From Alkalispirochaeta sp. (GTDB lineage Bacteria; Spirochaetota; Spirochaetia; DSM-27196; Alkalispirochaetaceae), in assembly GCA_965601925.1 (NCBI GenBank), contig OZ271854.1, positions 4,704,001 through 4,768,000 of the forward strand: a stretch of DNA of 64,000 nucleotides, in the 5' to 3' direction. A program made the position numbers and the translations under genes. This document shows, piece after piece, positions 51,219-61,273 of the stretch. Position 1 is the first letter of the stretch. Each line of letters starts with the position of its first letter. The notes beneath the pieces are model-generated. The model searched no databases, was not told where the DNA came from, and saw nothing but the letters and a program-made list of their open reading frames with translations.

Positions 51219-51252
51219 GCGTGTTGTCGCTCCTTGAGTCGGTGTACACGAT

Positions 51253-52125
51253 TTATTCGATGTTTCGCAGCTGCTCACGGATCGCCTCAACGGCGTCCTT
51301 TGCCTCTATGACCGCGTCCTGAACCGCCGAGAGGATCGTCTTGCTTCCCGTGGTGTTGATCTCACGGTTCATTTCCTGGCAAATGAAATCCAAACGTTTT
51401 CCAATGCTGCCCCCGGCGTTGAGGAGACCGGCGAAACTGTCGATGTGGCTCTGCAGGCGCACAACCTCCTCGCTCGTCGCGTGCTTGACCATGAGAACGG
51501 CCGCTTCCGCGTATACCCGCTGCTCGTCGGCATCGTCTCCCAATACCTCCCGGAAGCGTTTACGTACGGCGTCGAACACCATCGTTTCGATCTCGTCGGC
51601 GCTCTCGGCGAATACACCTACGCAACGGCGTAACCGGTCGAGGTGACGTGTCAGGTCGGCCGCGGTTACGCGTCCCTCGGCCTCGCGCGTCTCGTTCCAC
51701 GCCGCCAATGCTTTGCGCAGCGCTTCTACCACGTCGTCACGATACGTCTCCGCGTCCCGCCGGCGCTCGGTTTGAATAACGCCGTCAAAGGCGAGAATGT
51801 CGCGATAGCTCGGCTCGGCTGCGATGTCCGCAAGTCGCCCGATCTCCTTGAGCGCGGATTTCGCCGCCTCCACGGCGCCGTCGTCGACGTGAATGTGTAC
51901 GCTGCTCTGATATTCGCGCAAACGGACGGCGACCTCCACTTTGCCCCGAGAGGCGACACCGGCAACGAGTTGCTTAATCTCCGGCTCCAGAGGGTTGAGA
52001 AAGCTCGGTAGCGACGTGTATACATCAAAGTAGCGGTTATTGAGGCTTCGGACCTCTACCGTCAGATCGCGTTCGCCGCTGTTGTTCTCGACGTAACCGT
52101 AACCGGTCATACTCCTAACCTTCAC
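51253..52125 (-). CDS. yicC: YicC/YloC family endoribonuclease
   Basis: RSMTGYG, NNRYFD, EEVVRL.SH, GKRLDFICQEMNREINT, REQLRNIE. Confidence 0.94.
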   Translation of the reverse strand: MKVRSMTGYGYVENNSGERDLTVEVRSLNNRYFDVYTSLPSFLNPLEPEIKQLVAGVASRGKVEVAVRLREYQSSVHIHVDDGAVEAAKSALKEIGRLADIAAEPSYRDILAFDGVIQTERRRDAETYRDDVVEALRKALAAWNETREAEGRVTAADLTRHLDRLRRCVGVFAESADEIETMVFDAVRKRFREVLGDDADEQRVYAEAAVLMVKHATSEEVVRLQSHIDSFAGLLNAGGSIGKRLDFICQEMNREINTTGSKTILSAVQDAVIEAKDAVEAIREQLRNIE

Positions 52126-53585
52126 GCTTCCTCCCGTGTTTGCAGACGCCGCAGTACATCAGTTCCGATACGGAAATTGTCTCCGGCGCCCATCGTGACG
52201 AACAGATCGCCCGGCCTCAAAGAGGCCGCTATGTCCCGCGCCGCCTCGCCGAAATCGGGCCGATAGTGGACGTCGTTATGTTCCAGCCGGGTTGCGCGAA
52301 AGAGGGTTGTACCGTCGATACCGCCGGGATTCGTCTCCCGTGCAGAGGCGTATATGTCGTTGAGATAGACGCGGTCGGCGGCGGTAAACGATCGGGCGAA
52401 CGCATCGAGGAGCGCCGCAGTACGCGAATAGGTATGGGGCATGAAATCGACCACCAAACGACGTTCCGGCCAGAACGCCTTGTAACCCTCCAGGGTGGTG
52501 GCAATGGCGCTCGGATGGTGCGCGTAATCGTCCATGACGAGCACACCACTCGCCTCGCCCACGATTTCGCTCCGTCGCCGCGTACCGGAGAAACGCGCGA
52601 GCGCGTCCTGCCACTGCCGAAGGCGCTCGTCGTCGGGCGGGCCTACCAATGCGACCAGGGCGTTGAGTGCGGCGGCGGCGTTGGCCGCCATATGGCGTCC
52701 GGGTACCGGAAGGGTCCACTGCGTAGTCCTTCCCGGTCCGTCGGCGTCGGGAAGGATTACCGCGAAGCGTTGACGCCCGGATTCGACCACCGGCTCTCCG
52801 ACACCGCCTACTCCCTCCACGCTGAATCCGTAGGGCCGCACCGCGAGTGCGGGCCGCTCGTCCGTAAGCCTTCGGGCCACCTCGGTAGCGCCCCGGTCGT
52901 CGGCACAGTAGATGAGCGTCCCGTCGTCGGGCAACTGCAGCCCGAACTCATAAAACGCGTCGAGGACATCGTCAAGGTCGCGAAAGTAGTCCTGATGGTC
53001 GGCCTCGATGCCGGTAATGAGGAGAACACACGGAGAAAAATCGAGAAAGTGTCGCCGATACTCGCACGTCTCGGCCACCAAAAACTCGTTCCCGAGGCGG
53101 AGCGTCGCCGAGCCGCCGAACGCTTCAACGGCGCTCCCCACGACGACCGTCGCCGGCGTTCGATCGACGGCGATCATGGAACCGATCATCGCGGTGGTGC
53201 TCGTCTTACCGTGTACGCCGCTCACCGCCAAACTCCGGCGAGTTCGAGAGAGCGAGCCGAGCATCTCGGTGTAGCTGAACTGGGGAATACCGCGCCGCGT
53301 CGCCTCGACACGCTCGGGGTTCGTCTCGTCGTACGCCGCTGAGTAGACCAACACATCGGTTCCGATCGGTACGTGTTGGGCGGCAAATCCGACGGACGGC
53401 GCAACGCCGATACGTTCGAGCAACACATCGGTATAGAAGCGCTCTCCAACATCGCTTCCGGTGAGTTGTGCGCCCTCCTCGGCGAGGACTTCGGCGAGGG
53501 CCGCCATCCCGGTGCCCTTTACACCGGTCATGTGGATGCGCGCATTGTGTATCGATACGGTGGTACGGTCCGCAATACCGGACAT
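52122..53585 (-). CDS. murC: UDP-N-acetylmuramate--L-alanine ligase
   Basis: GVKGTGMAALA, GVHGKTSTT, AETCEY, DHQD, DDYAHHP, PHTYSRT, TMGAG. Confidence 0.95.
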   Translation of the reverse strand: MSGIADRTTVSIHNARIHMTGVKGTGMAALAEVLAEEGAQLTGSDVGERFYTDVLLERIGVAPSVGFAAQHVPIGTDVLVYSAAYDETNPERVEATRRGIPQFSYTEMLGSLSRTRRSLAVSGVHGKTSTTAMIGSMIAVDRTPATVVVGSAVEAFGGSATLRLGNEFLVAETCEYRRHFLDFSPCVLLITGIEADHQDYFRDLDDVLDAFYEFGLQLPDDGTLIYCADDRGATEVARRLTDERPALAVRPYGFSVEGVGGVGEPVVESGRQRFAVILPDADGPGRTTQWTLPVPGRHMAANAAAALNALVALVGPPDDERLRQWQDALARFSGTRRRSEIVGEASGVLVMDDYAHHPSAIATTLEGYKAFWPERRLVVDFMPHTYSRTAALLDAFARSFTAADRVYLNDIYASARETNPGGIDGTTLFRATRLEHNDVHYRPDFGEAARDIAASLRPGDLFVTMGAGDNFRIGTDVLRRLQTREEA

Positions 53586-53636
53586 GGGGGGAGTGTAGCC
53601 GCTTTTAGGCCGGCGGTCCACCGATCCGCATATTCG

Positions 53637-54458
53637 TCAGCGGCGCTCTCCGGCGTGAAGCGCGGCGAGCACGGCCGCTTTTCTCCGGCGAAACTCCTCG
53701 GACAGGAGCGTCGTCTCGCCCCTGGGTCGGGACAGCGGAATCGGTAACGTCTCCACGATCCGCGCCGGACGCGCCGAAAGTACGACGATCTCATCCGATA
53801 ACAGAAGCGCTTCGTCGACGTCGTGGGTCACCAACAAAACGCCGGGCCGTATCTCGGCGAGGAGCGAGAGGAGCCACTCGTGCATGCGGGTGCGGGTGAT
53901 CGTATCCAACGCCGCGAACGGTTCGTCCAACAGAATCGTGTCGCCGCTGAAAAGATACGTTCTGAGAAGCGCCGCCCTCTGTCGCATCCCCCCGGAGAGC
54001 TGAAACGGAAAGTGCCGCTCGAACCCCGCCAACCCGAAACGCTCGAAGTACGGCCCGGCAATCTCGCGAGCCTTACGACGCCCATACCCTTTGAGCTCCA
54101 ACGGCAGCGCGACGTTGTCGATGATACGCAGCCACGGCAAAAGCAGATCCTTCTGCTGCAGATAGCTGACGCGCCCGGTTTCTCCGGTAATCGTCTCGCC
54201 GTGCAGACGCACCGAACCCGCATCGGGAGCGATCAGCCCCGCACAGATATGGAGAATGGTACTCTTACCGCACCCGGAAGGCCCCAGAACGCCGATGACC
54301 CGTCCCGGCTCGATGGCAAGCGATACACCGTCCAAAACCGGCAAGGCACCGAACGATTTCCGAACTCCCACGACCTCGAGGCCGACGCCGACCGAGTCGG
54401 GTGCCGCAGGCGTCGTCGGATCGTCGCGGCGCGGAATCGAGAGACGGGAGCCGTTCAC
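53637..54458 (-). CDS. ABC ATPase, NitT/TauT family (ThiZ-like)
   Basis: [48 protein letters not shown] overlaps the permease stop. Confidence 0.9.
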   Translation of the reverse strand: MNGSRLSIPRRDDPTTPAAPDSVGVGLEVVGVRKSFGALPVLDGVSLAIEPGRVIGVLGPSGCGKSTILHICAGLIAPDAGSVRLHGETITGETGRVSYLQQKDLLLPWLRIIDNVALPLELKGYGRRKAREIAGPYFERFGLAGFERHFPFQLSGGMRQRAALLRTYLFSGDTILLDEPFAALDTITRTRMHEWLLSLLAEIRPGVLLVTHDVDEALLLSDEIVVLSARPARIVETLPIPLSRPRGETTLLSEEFRRRKAAVLAALHAGERR

Positions 54459-55273
54459 GCCGTTGCTCCCCCGCCCGCGTTGCCTACGGCCCGTCGGTGC
54501 GGACTCGCAACGTATTGGGCGGCAACGATGACGCCCAGGACCGCCAGGCTCAAGGCCACCACGACGAGAATCGCGGCGAAGAGGCGATCCAGAGCGAACG
54601 CCTTTTGGGCGCGGACCATATAGACGCCGAGACCCCGGGTGCCGCCCAGCCACTCGCCGATCACGGCCGCCATAACGCTGTAGGTTGCCGCGATACGCAA
54701 GCCCCCGAAGAGGTAGGGAATCGAGGCCGGAACGCGGGCGCGCGTGAACACATGCAACCGACGTGCGCCCATCGAGCGCAAAAGGTCGATCGTATCGGTG
54801 TCCACCGCGGCCACCCCTTCGGTGAGGCTCACGACGATGGGGAAAAAACAGACGAGGGCGACGACCAACACCTTCGGGAGGAGCCCGAAGCCGAACCAGA
54901 TTACGAAAAGCGGTGCCAACGCAACGAGCGGAACAGTCTGCGAGACGACGAGGAGCGGGTACATCGCCGAGCGAAGGAACGGGAAGGTGATCATCGCGAA
55001 GGTCAGGATCACCGCCGATACGAGGGCGATCCCGAGCCCTGCAAGCGTCGCTGCGGCGGTAACGGCTATGTGGGGCGCCATCGCCCCGAACTGTGTCACC
55101 GTTGTCCGCAAGACGGCAAAGGGCGACGGCAGCACAAATGCGGGAACGATTTCGGCGGCTACCACGAACTGCCACGCGACGAGCACGAACGTGACCGCCG
55201 CCGCGGGCGCGACGATGGCCGCCCCGTTCTTGCGAGTGGTGACTGTCGGTTGTTGTATGTCGGATAGTTTCAT
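54455..55273 (-). CDS. ABC permease, NitT/TauT family (ThiX-like)
   Basis: LPSP, SQTVP..ALAP, WFGFG..PK, GLRIAATY, IGEWLG...GLG. Confidence 0.9.
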   Translation of the reverse strand: MKLSDIQQPTVTTRKNGAAIVAPAAAVTFVLVAWQFVVAAEIVPAFVLPSPFAVLRTTVTQFGAMAPHIAVTAAATLAGLGIALVSAVILTFAMITFPFLRSAMYPLLVVSQTVPLVALAPLFVIWFGFGLLPKVLVVALVCFFPIVVSLTEGVAAVDTDTIDLLRSMGARRLHVFTRARVPASIPYLFGGLRIAATYSVMAAVIGEWLGGTRGLGVYMVRAQKAFALDRLFAAILVVVALSLAVLGVIVAAQYVASPHRRAVGNAGGGATA

Positions 55274-55278
55274 TGCGG

Positions 55279-55363
55279 ATCCCTTCGCCGGCATTATCCG
55301 GATCAGGTGTACGGGTCGAAGCTACGCTTCCTCTCAGCCGGGCGTCGCCCAGCTCCCCCTGGT
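55279..55363 (-). ncRNA. TPP riboswitch
   Basis: - strand GGGGAGC...GGCTGAGAGG...GACCCGT-ACACCTGATCCGGATAATGCCGGCGAAGGGA, the canonical THI element. Confidence 0.95.
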
Positions 55364-55397
55364 CGAAGTGTAAAGTACGGCCTTACGCCGCCGGACG

Positions 55398-56000
55398 TCA
55401 ATCCCGCGGTTGCCATCGGTCGTTAAGGAGTACGTAGTGGTCGTGGTCCTCCCAACGCCCTTGAATGCGCAGATAGCGGCGGGACCGCCCCTCGAATACG
55501 AATCCGAGCCGCGTCACCAGACGAATCGAACGCTCATTGATCGGCATGATGTTGGCCTCGATGCGATGCAATCCCTCGACCTCAAACATGTACGAGACCG
55601 TTGCCGAGAGCGCCTCGGTCATGAGCCCGCGTCCCTCCACCGATGCAGCGAGGCGGTATCCGACGAAACACGACTGAAGGGGTCCGCGAACGATGTTGCT
55701 ATAGGCGATCACTCCGTCCGTCGGCCGGTGGTACGCCGGGCGGCCGCCCGTATCGGAGAGCGAGAGGCCGAACTGCACGATTCCGGCGTCGCTCCGAAGG
55801 CGACGGAGCAGCCGGCGTTGAAAACGCAGTGTGTAGTACTCCGCTCCCCGCGTGGGCTCCCAGCGTTCATGGTACCACCGATTGCGCGTATTGAACTCGT
55901 GCACGGTCCGCGCATCGCGAGGGCGGAGCTCTCGAATACGGAGGCGGTCGGTGTGCAGCTCTATCCTATCGGCTGAGGATGATCTCGCCATAGCCGTCAA
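55398..56000 (-). CDS. RimJ/RimL-family GNAT acetyltransferase
   Basis: NIVRGPLQSC.VGY, GRGLMTEA, LHRIEANIMP.N.RS, WEDH. Confidence 0.88.
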   Translation of the reverse strand: MTAMARSSSADRIELHTDRLRIRELRPRDARTVHEFNTRNRWYHERWEPTRGAEYYTLRFQRRLLRRLRSDAGIVQFGLSLSDTGGRPAYHRPTDGVIAYSNIVRGPLQSCFVGYRLAASVEGRGLMTEALSATVSYMFEVEGLHRIEANIMPINERSIRLVTRLGFVFEGRSRRYLRIQGRWEDHDHYVLLNDRWQPRD

Positions 56001-56084
56001 GGGTGCCCGCCGGCGGGCGGACGGTCAACCCGTCGATGAGTGCCGTAGCGTAATCCGTTCCCGTTCCGCGGTCAGACGTTCCGA

Positions 56085-56810
56085 TCAAGGCGTCGCCAAG
56101 GTCGCGCACACCGAGCCGCACAGGAGGATCGTCGCCGTCTCGGTTCTCAGAACCGACGAGCCCAACGCGACGGCCCGGAACCCGTTGCCGAGGAGCAAGG
56201 CCTCTTCGTCGACGGTGAATCCGCGCTCCGGGCCGACACACAGATGAATCGGTCCCGTCTCGCGCTCCGAAGCGATCTCGTCCAGAAGGGCCGCCAGAGA
56301 GGTCGTGCCGCCCGGTAAGGCGACGATACGCCGCCGACCGTCATCCGTTTCGGCGATCGCGGAGGCAAGATCATCGACGCGGTGCACGACCGGTAATGCG
56401 GTATGCCCGCCCTGACTCATTCCCTCCCACACGGCCCGTTCGCAGCCGTCCCACACGGAACTCTTGAGATATGAGCGCTCCGAGAGTTCGCCGATAAACG
56501 CGGTGATCGAGGCGACGCGCATCGACGCAAGATCGCGCCATAAACGGCGGAGCACCGGGGGGCGCGGATGCCCCAACAGAACATGCACGTCGAGAGGACG
56601 TTGCGACGACTCGCCCCACCGGGCGTCGAGCACCACACCCGCTCGATCGATCGAGCGGAGCGTGGCGATTCCCGTGGGGCCGTTTATCACGCCGACGCGC
56701 AATTCGTCCCCGGGACGGGAGCGGAGCACGGAGCGAATGTGCCGCGCCCTATGGTCGGCCGAAGGAAGGCGATAGGTATCCTGAGTATCCGAAAAGAGGA
56801 TCAGATTCAC
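56085..56810 (-). CDS. rsmE: 16S rRNA m3U1498 methyltransferase (RsmE family)
   Basis: VNLILF, HIRSVLR, VGPERGF, LGSSVLRTETA; GTG overlaps the tetR stop. Confidence 0.88.
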   Translation of the reverse strand: MNLILFSDTQDTYRLPSADHRARHIRSVLRSRPGDELRVGVINGPTGIATLRSIDRAGVVLDARWGESSQRPLDVHVLLGHPRPPVLRRLWRDLASMRVASITAFIGELSERSYLKSSVWDGCERAVWEGMSQGGHTALPVVHRVDDLASAIAETDDGRRRIVALPGGTTSLAALLDEIASERETGPIHLCVGPERGFTVDEEALLLGNGFRAVALGSSVLRTETATILLCGSVCATLATP

Positions 56811-57388
56811 CGCGGAGCGTTGACTCGCCCGGCGAGGTCGAAGTATCCCGCAATCGCATCGATCGGCAATGGGTCCACGCCGATAAGGCGCTGCAGAATG
56901 AGCCCGTCGATCGTAGCGAGGAGGACACGAGCCATCGTTTCGTACTCGCCGTTGTCCCCGTACACGCGGGCGAAACCCTGCTCGATGATCTCGCGCCAGC
57001 GCGCATACTCCTGCACGAAACGCTTCCGGAGACTCGGATTCTCCGTCAGTGCTTCTTGAATCAAATAGACGTGAATCTGGCCGCGACTGCGGGAGTGCAT
57101 CACGGTGTCGAGAACCATGCGATAGACGGTGCGAGGCGGCAGATCGGTCCCGCTCTTCTCCAGCCATCGGAAAATACGATCGGTCATGTTGGTCATGTGC
57201 CGATCGGCAATGTCGAAAATAAGGTCGCCCTTGGTCGCGTAGTAGTAATACAGCGTTCCCTTGCTTATGCCCGCCGCTACGGCGATGTCCGCGAGGGTAG
57301 TGTTGGCGATACCTCGCTCACGAATCAACTGTGAGGCAGCCTGGATAATCTTTTCGCGATTCGCGGGGGTGGTCTTTCGCTGGCCCAT
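56807..57388 (-). CDS. TetR/AcrR family regulator
   Basis: TTLADIA..AGISKGTLYYYY.TK.DL HTH. Confidence 0.93.
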   Translation of the reverse strand: MGQRKTTPANREKIIQAASQLIRERGIANTTLADIAVAAGISKGTLYYYYATKGDLIFDIADRHMTNMTDRIFRWLEKSGTDLPPRTVYRMVLDTVMHSRSRGQIHVYLIQEALTENPSLRKRFVQEYARWREIIEQGFARVYGDNGEYETMARVLLATIDGLILQRLIGVDPLPIDAIAGYFDLAGRVNAPR

Positions 57389-57494
57389 GGCAAGTAAGGT
57401 ACTGCATGATCGAGGTTTAGGTCAATTTGTCGGTTCTTGACCGCATCATAGATCGCTCTTGTCCGGTGAACATGAATCAATTTATACTACCCTC

Positions 57495-57713
57495 ATGTCC
57501 GATACGGGTTCGCCGGAGCAAAAAAAGTTGTACCGGAGTCGTCGCGATCGTAAGCTCGCCGGCGTCTGCGGCGGTATGGGCGAGTATTTCGGTGTAGATG
57601 CCAATCTCATACGACTGGGGTTCATCGTCGTCGCTCTGTTCACGATGGTGTTTTTGGTCACGGTCATCTACTTCGCCGCGGCCATGATACTCGACGACGA
57701 CCCCACCCAATAG
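57495..57713 (+). CDS. PspC-domain protein
   Basis: KKLYRSRRDRKLAGVCGGMGEYFGVD...IR. Confidence 0.9.
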   Translation: MSDTGSPEQKKLYRSRRDRKLAGVCGGMGEYFGVDANLIRLGFIVVALFTMVFLVTVIYFAAAMILDDDPTQ

Positions 57714-57749
57714 CCGAGTCCGCCGTACTCGCACAGAAGGCACGAATCG

Positions 57750-59126
57750 TTGGAGGACCGCCGTGCGATCCACACTCCTTCCGATCGCATCGATGCGCTC
57801 CGAAGGGCTATCCGTACTCCGACCGTCACGTCTCCCGCAAACGACACAACGGGACATGAAATGCTGTTTCGATGGCAGCGGACGATGGTCGACCTGTTTC
57901 CCGCGGTTCACCGTCATCTCCGTTACGATGCCCCGGATCCCTTTCGCCTGACCTATCGTTGGTATCCCGAGGAGCGCGACGACCGCAGACCGGTGCTGTT
58001 GATGGCGCACTACGACGTAGTGCCCGCCTCGCCTGAGGGCTGGACGTGCGACCCTTTCGGTGGCGACATTCGCGACGGCGCGGTGTGGGGACGCGGGGCG
58101 ATTGACGACAAACTGTCGCATATTGCGATACTCAGGGCGGCGGAAGAGCTCCTTCAGGAGGGGTTTCGCCCGACGCGCCCGTTCCATTTCGCCTTCGGCG
58201 GCGACGAGGAGACCGGCGGACGGCGCGGTGCGGCGGTGATCGCCCGCAGCTACGCCGAGGAGGGCGTGCGCTTTGCAATGACTCTCGACGAGGGGGCCAT
58301 CGTCGCCCGCGGAGCGCTCGCCGGACTCGACGCGCCGGTGGGGCTGATCGGATGCGGCGAGAAGGGTCATATCAACGTCCGCCTGTCGGTTCCCGGCGGT
58401 GGAGGCCATGCGGCCACGCCGACGCGCTTCGATGCCTCGGTCGCACTCGCCGAGGCGTTGAGACGATTGTTCGCACACCCTCTACCGACGCGTCGCACCG
58501 CCACGGTCGACTCCTTTGTTCGAACGTTGGGTCGCTACCTGCCCGGGGCGCGCGGCCTCCTGTTACGAGTCTATCCGGCGACCGCCCCCGCGGTGCGTGC
58601 CGTCCTGAGCCGCACGCCCGAAACCGATGCCATGCTTCGCACCACTCGCGCGGTCACGATGCTCAGTGGGAGCGACGCGCCCAACGTTCTTCCTCGTCGC
58701 GTATCGGCCACCATCAACCTCCGCCTCCTACCGGGGCAGACGATCGACGAGACGTTGGCGCTCCTACGTCGACGCGTTCGCGGGCGCCACCGACCCGTTG
58801 AGATAGCGCTTGCTCCGGGATGGGACAATAACGAGGCGCCGTCGGAGAGCCCCACGGACGGCCCGTGGTACGACCTCGTGAGACGTTCGATCCTCAATAT
58901 CTGGCCGGACATTCCGATCCTCCCGTATTTGGTGACCGCCACGACCGACAGCCGGCACTATGCGGCGGTAAGCGATTGTACGTATCGTTTCCTGCCTTTC
59001 GAGCTCTCTCCGGACGACCTCGTCGGTATTCACGGAGTCGATGAGCACATCGCCATTGAGAACATCCACCGCGCCGTCGAGTTCTATCGGCGCTTCATAG
59101 TCCATTGCGACGAGATGCGTGTATGA
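57750..59126 (+). CDS. M20/M25/M40 family metallo-hydrolase
   Basis: MAHYDVVP, WGRGAIDDK, GGDEE, DEG, GGHA, TDSRHY, IHGVDE; start uncertain. Confidence 0.9.
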   Translation: MEDRRAIHTPSDRIDALRRAIRTPTVTSPANDTTGHEMLFRWQRTMVDLFPAVHRHLRYDAPDPFRLTYRWYPEERDDRRPVLLMAHYDVVPASPEGWTCDPFGGDIRDGAVWGRGAIDDKLSHIAILRAAEELLQEGFRPTRPFHFAFGGDEETGGRRGAAVIARSYAEEGVRFAMTLDEGAIVARGALAGLDAPVGLIGCGEKGHINVRLSVPGGGGHAATPTRFDASVALAEALRRLFAHPLPTRRTATVDSFVRTLGRYLPGARGLLLRVYPATAPAVRAVLSRTPETDAMLRTTRAVTMLSGSDAPNVLPRRVSATINLRLLPGQTIDETLALLRRRVRGRHRPVEIALAPGWDNNEAPSESPTDGPWYDLVRRSILNIWPDIPILPYLVTATTDSRHYAAVSDCTYRFLPFELSPDDLVGIHGVDEHIAIENIHRAVEFYRRFIVHCDEMRV

Positions 59127-60565
59127 GCGAGAGCATGATCCGTATCGGCGCGCGCGCGTTCGTACTCGCCTTTTCTATCATCTTTGCGTTAATGGTCGTC
59201 GCCGGCGTTCTGACGCGCGTCGTCCCCGCCGGAGCGTACGAACGCATCGAGGTAGACGGTCGTTCGCAGGTAGTGCCGGACTCGTTCGCCTACGCCCCGG
59301 CGCCTCACTACCCGGCATGGCGCTGGTTTACCGCTCCGGCGGAGGTATTGGCGGCCCCGGGGAACGTGGCGGTGATCACGATCATCCTTTTTTTGGTGTT
59401 CGTGGGCGGATCCTTCACCGTTTTGGAACGGGGAGACATTCTGGGTGCCCTTCTCCGCCTGATCGCATCGAAAATGCGCCACCGACGATTTCTCCTTATG
59501 GCGTTGATGCAGCTCTTTTTCATGGTGAGTGCGGCGGTACTCGGCATCTTCGAGGCGATGGTCCCGCTGATCATCTTCGTCGTCCCGTTGAGCCACATGC
59601 TGGGGTGGGACTCGCTGACCGGCCTCGGCATGAGTCTCCTGCCCTTGGCATTCGGATTCGCGGCTGCGGTGACCAACCCCTTTACCATCGGTGTCGCCCA
59701 GACGATCGCCGAGCTCCCGCTCTTCTCCGGCGCATGGCTGCGGATCGCCTTTTTTGTCGTCGTGTACGCCGCGGTCTTTCTCTTCGTCCTTCGCCACGCC
59801 CGTCGCGTCGAGCGCGATCCGCGCACGTCGTACGCGTATGAGCGTGACCGCTCGCTGCGGGAGAGCGCCGCCGCGGCCGAGCGCGTCGACGAGTTGACCG
59901 TACCGTTGAGGAGCGCGCTCACGTGGTTCGCCGCGACAATGGGAATCGCCGTCGTATTCATCATCGCGACCGCGCGTCTCCCGGCACTTTCGACGCTCGC
60001 ATTTCCCCTTATGGCGCTGCTCTTTCTGGTGGGCGGGTTGGGCGCCGGTCGCCTTAGCGGGCTCACCTGGGATCGGATCGCCCGCGCCTTCGCCGGCGGA
60101 AGCAAGAACATGGTCCCCGGCATTCTCCTCATCTTGATGTCGATGAGCGTCAAGCACATCGTCGAGACCGGCGGCATCATGGATACGATTCTCTTCTCGG
60201 CCGCCGAGGCGATCGCCGGCCGCCCACCGGTCGCCGCGGCGTTCCTCATGTACGCCCTCACGCTGGCAATGAACTTTTTCGTGGGGAGCGCGTCGGCCAA
60301 GGCGTTTCTGATGATGCCCATCCTGACACCGCTGGCCGACCTCGTCGGTATCACCCGTCAGACGGCGGTACTCGCCTTCGGGTTCGGCGACGGATTCAGC
60401 AATATGCTCTATCCGACCAACGCGCTTCTGCTGATCGGCCTGAGTTTCACGACCGTCGCATATCCGACGTGGCTGCGGTGGACGCTACCGCTCCAGGTCG
60501 TCATTGCAGCGGTTACCGGCGTCTTTCTCGTCGTGGCGGTAGCGACGAGCTTCGGACCCTTCTGA
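59123..60565 (+). CDS. YfcC family membrane transporter
   Basis: PAGAYER, NPFTIGVAQ.IAELPLFSG, SASAKA..MPI..PLAD, GDGFSN..YPT. Confidence 0.9.
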   Translation: MSESMIRIGARAFVLAFSIIFALMVVAGVLTRVVPAGAYERIEVDGRSQVVPDSFAYAPAPHYPAWRWFTAPAEVLAAPGNVAVITIILFLVFVGGSFTVLERGDILGALLRLIASKMRHRRFLLMALMQLFFMVSAAVLGIFEAMVPLIIFVVPLSHMLGWDSLTGLGMSLLPLAFGFAAAVTNPFTIGVAQTIAELPLFSGAWLRIAFFVVVYAAVFLFVLRHARRVERDPRTSYAYERDRSLRESAAAAERVDELTVPLRSALTWFAATMGIAVVFIIATARLPALSTLAFPLMALLFLVGGLGAGRLSGLTWDRIARAFAGGSKNMVPGILLILMSMSVKHIVETGGIMDTILFSAAEAIAGRPPVAAAFLMYALTLAMNFFVGSASAKAFLMMPILTPLADLVGITRQTAVLAFGFGDGFSNMLYPTNALLLIGLSFTTVAYPTWLRWTLPLQVVIAAVTGVFLVVAVATSFGPF

Positions 60566-60578
60566 AAGAGCACGAGCG

Positions 60579-61184
60579 CTACTCGATGATGCCCCGCATG
60601 AAGGATACGAGCACCTCAAGCGCCTTTTGATTCTGTCCGCCCTCGGGCACGATGAGATCGGCGTGCGCCTTTGTCGGTTCGATGAACTCATAGTGGCCGG
60701 GTCGTACCGTCTCCATGTACTGATCGATGACCGACTGGACGGTTCGCCCCCGCTCGTGTATGTCACGCGAGAGGCGCCGGATGAACCGTATATCGTCGGG
60801 CGTATCGACGTAAATCTTGAGGTCGATGAGGTCACGAACCCGGGATTCGAAGAAGATCATGATCCCCTCCAACACGACGACTTTTCCCGGTTCGACGTAA
60901 ACCGACTCCTCTCGGCGATGGTGGTGGACGAAGTCGTACTGCGGCATCTCGATGGAGCGCCCCGCGCGCAGAGCTTCGAGGTGTTCGATCATGAGATCCG
61001 AGTCGAAGGCGCTGGGATGATCGAAGTTGAACGCGTTAATGTTGCTGTTACTGACGAACTCGGCGGATCGATAGTAGTTGTCTTGGGGGATGAAGGTAAA
61101 ATCGCCTACGATCTCGGAGATTTTGCGCACGATAGTCGTCTTTCCCGAACCCGATCCGCCGGTAATTCCGATGATGCGTGCCAT
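60579..61184 (-). CDS. udk: Uridine kinase
   Basis: [36 protein letters not shown]. Confidence 0.95.
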   Translation of the reverse strand: MARIIGITGGSGSGKTTIVRKISEIVGDFTFIPQDNYYRSAEFVSNSNINAFNFDHPSAFDSDLMIEHLEALRAGRSIEMPQYDFVHHHRREESVYVEPGKVVVLEGIMIFFESRVRDLIDLKIYVDTPDDIRFIRRLSRDIHERGRTVQSVIDQYMETVRPGHYEFIEPTKAHADLIVPEGGQNQKALEVLVSFMRGIIE

Positions 61185-61273
61185 ATGCACGCCAGACTAT
61201 AGGCGTTGCGACACCCTTGGCAAGCTGATCGTCACGGGCCATCGTCGCGATGTCGGACCCGATCCGCCGGCGG

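Noticed and set aside
53637..55175. 512-aa version of the ABC ATPase, and similarly over-extended starts for cvpA, rsmE, suhB-like, htrA and the HipA-like kinase
   Set aside because: The extensions overlap upstream genes in another frame or lack similarity; downstream starts have an SD, a stop/start overlap or a promoter.
49139..55363. Functional thiamine link between yjbQ and the TPP operon
   Set aside because: They are separated by unrelated genes including an opposite-strand glycosyltransferase, and the thiamine activity of YjbQ is only a reported side activity.
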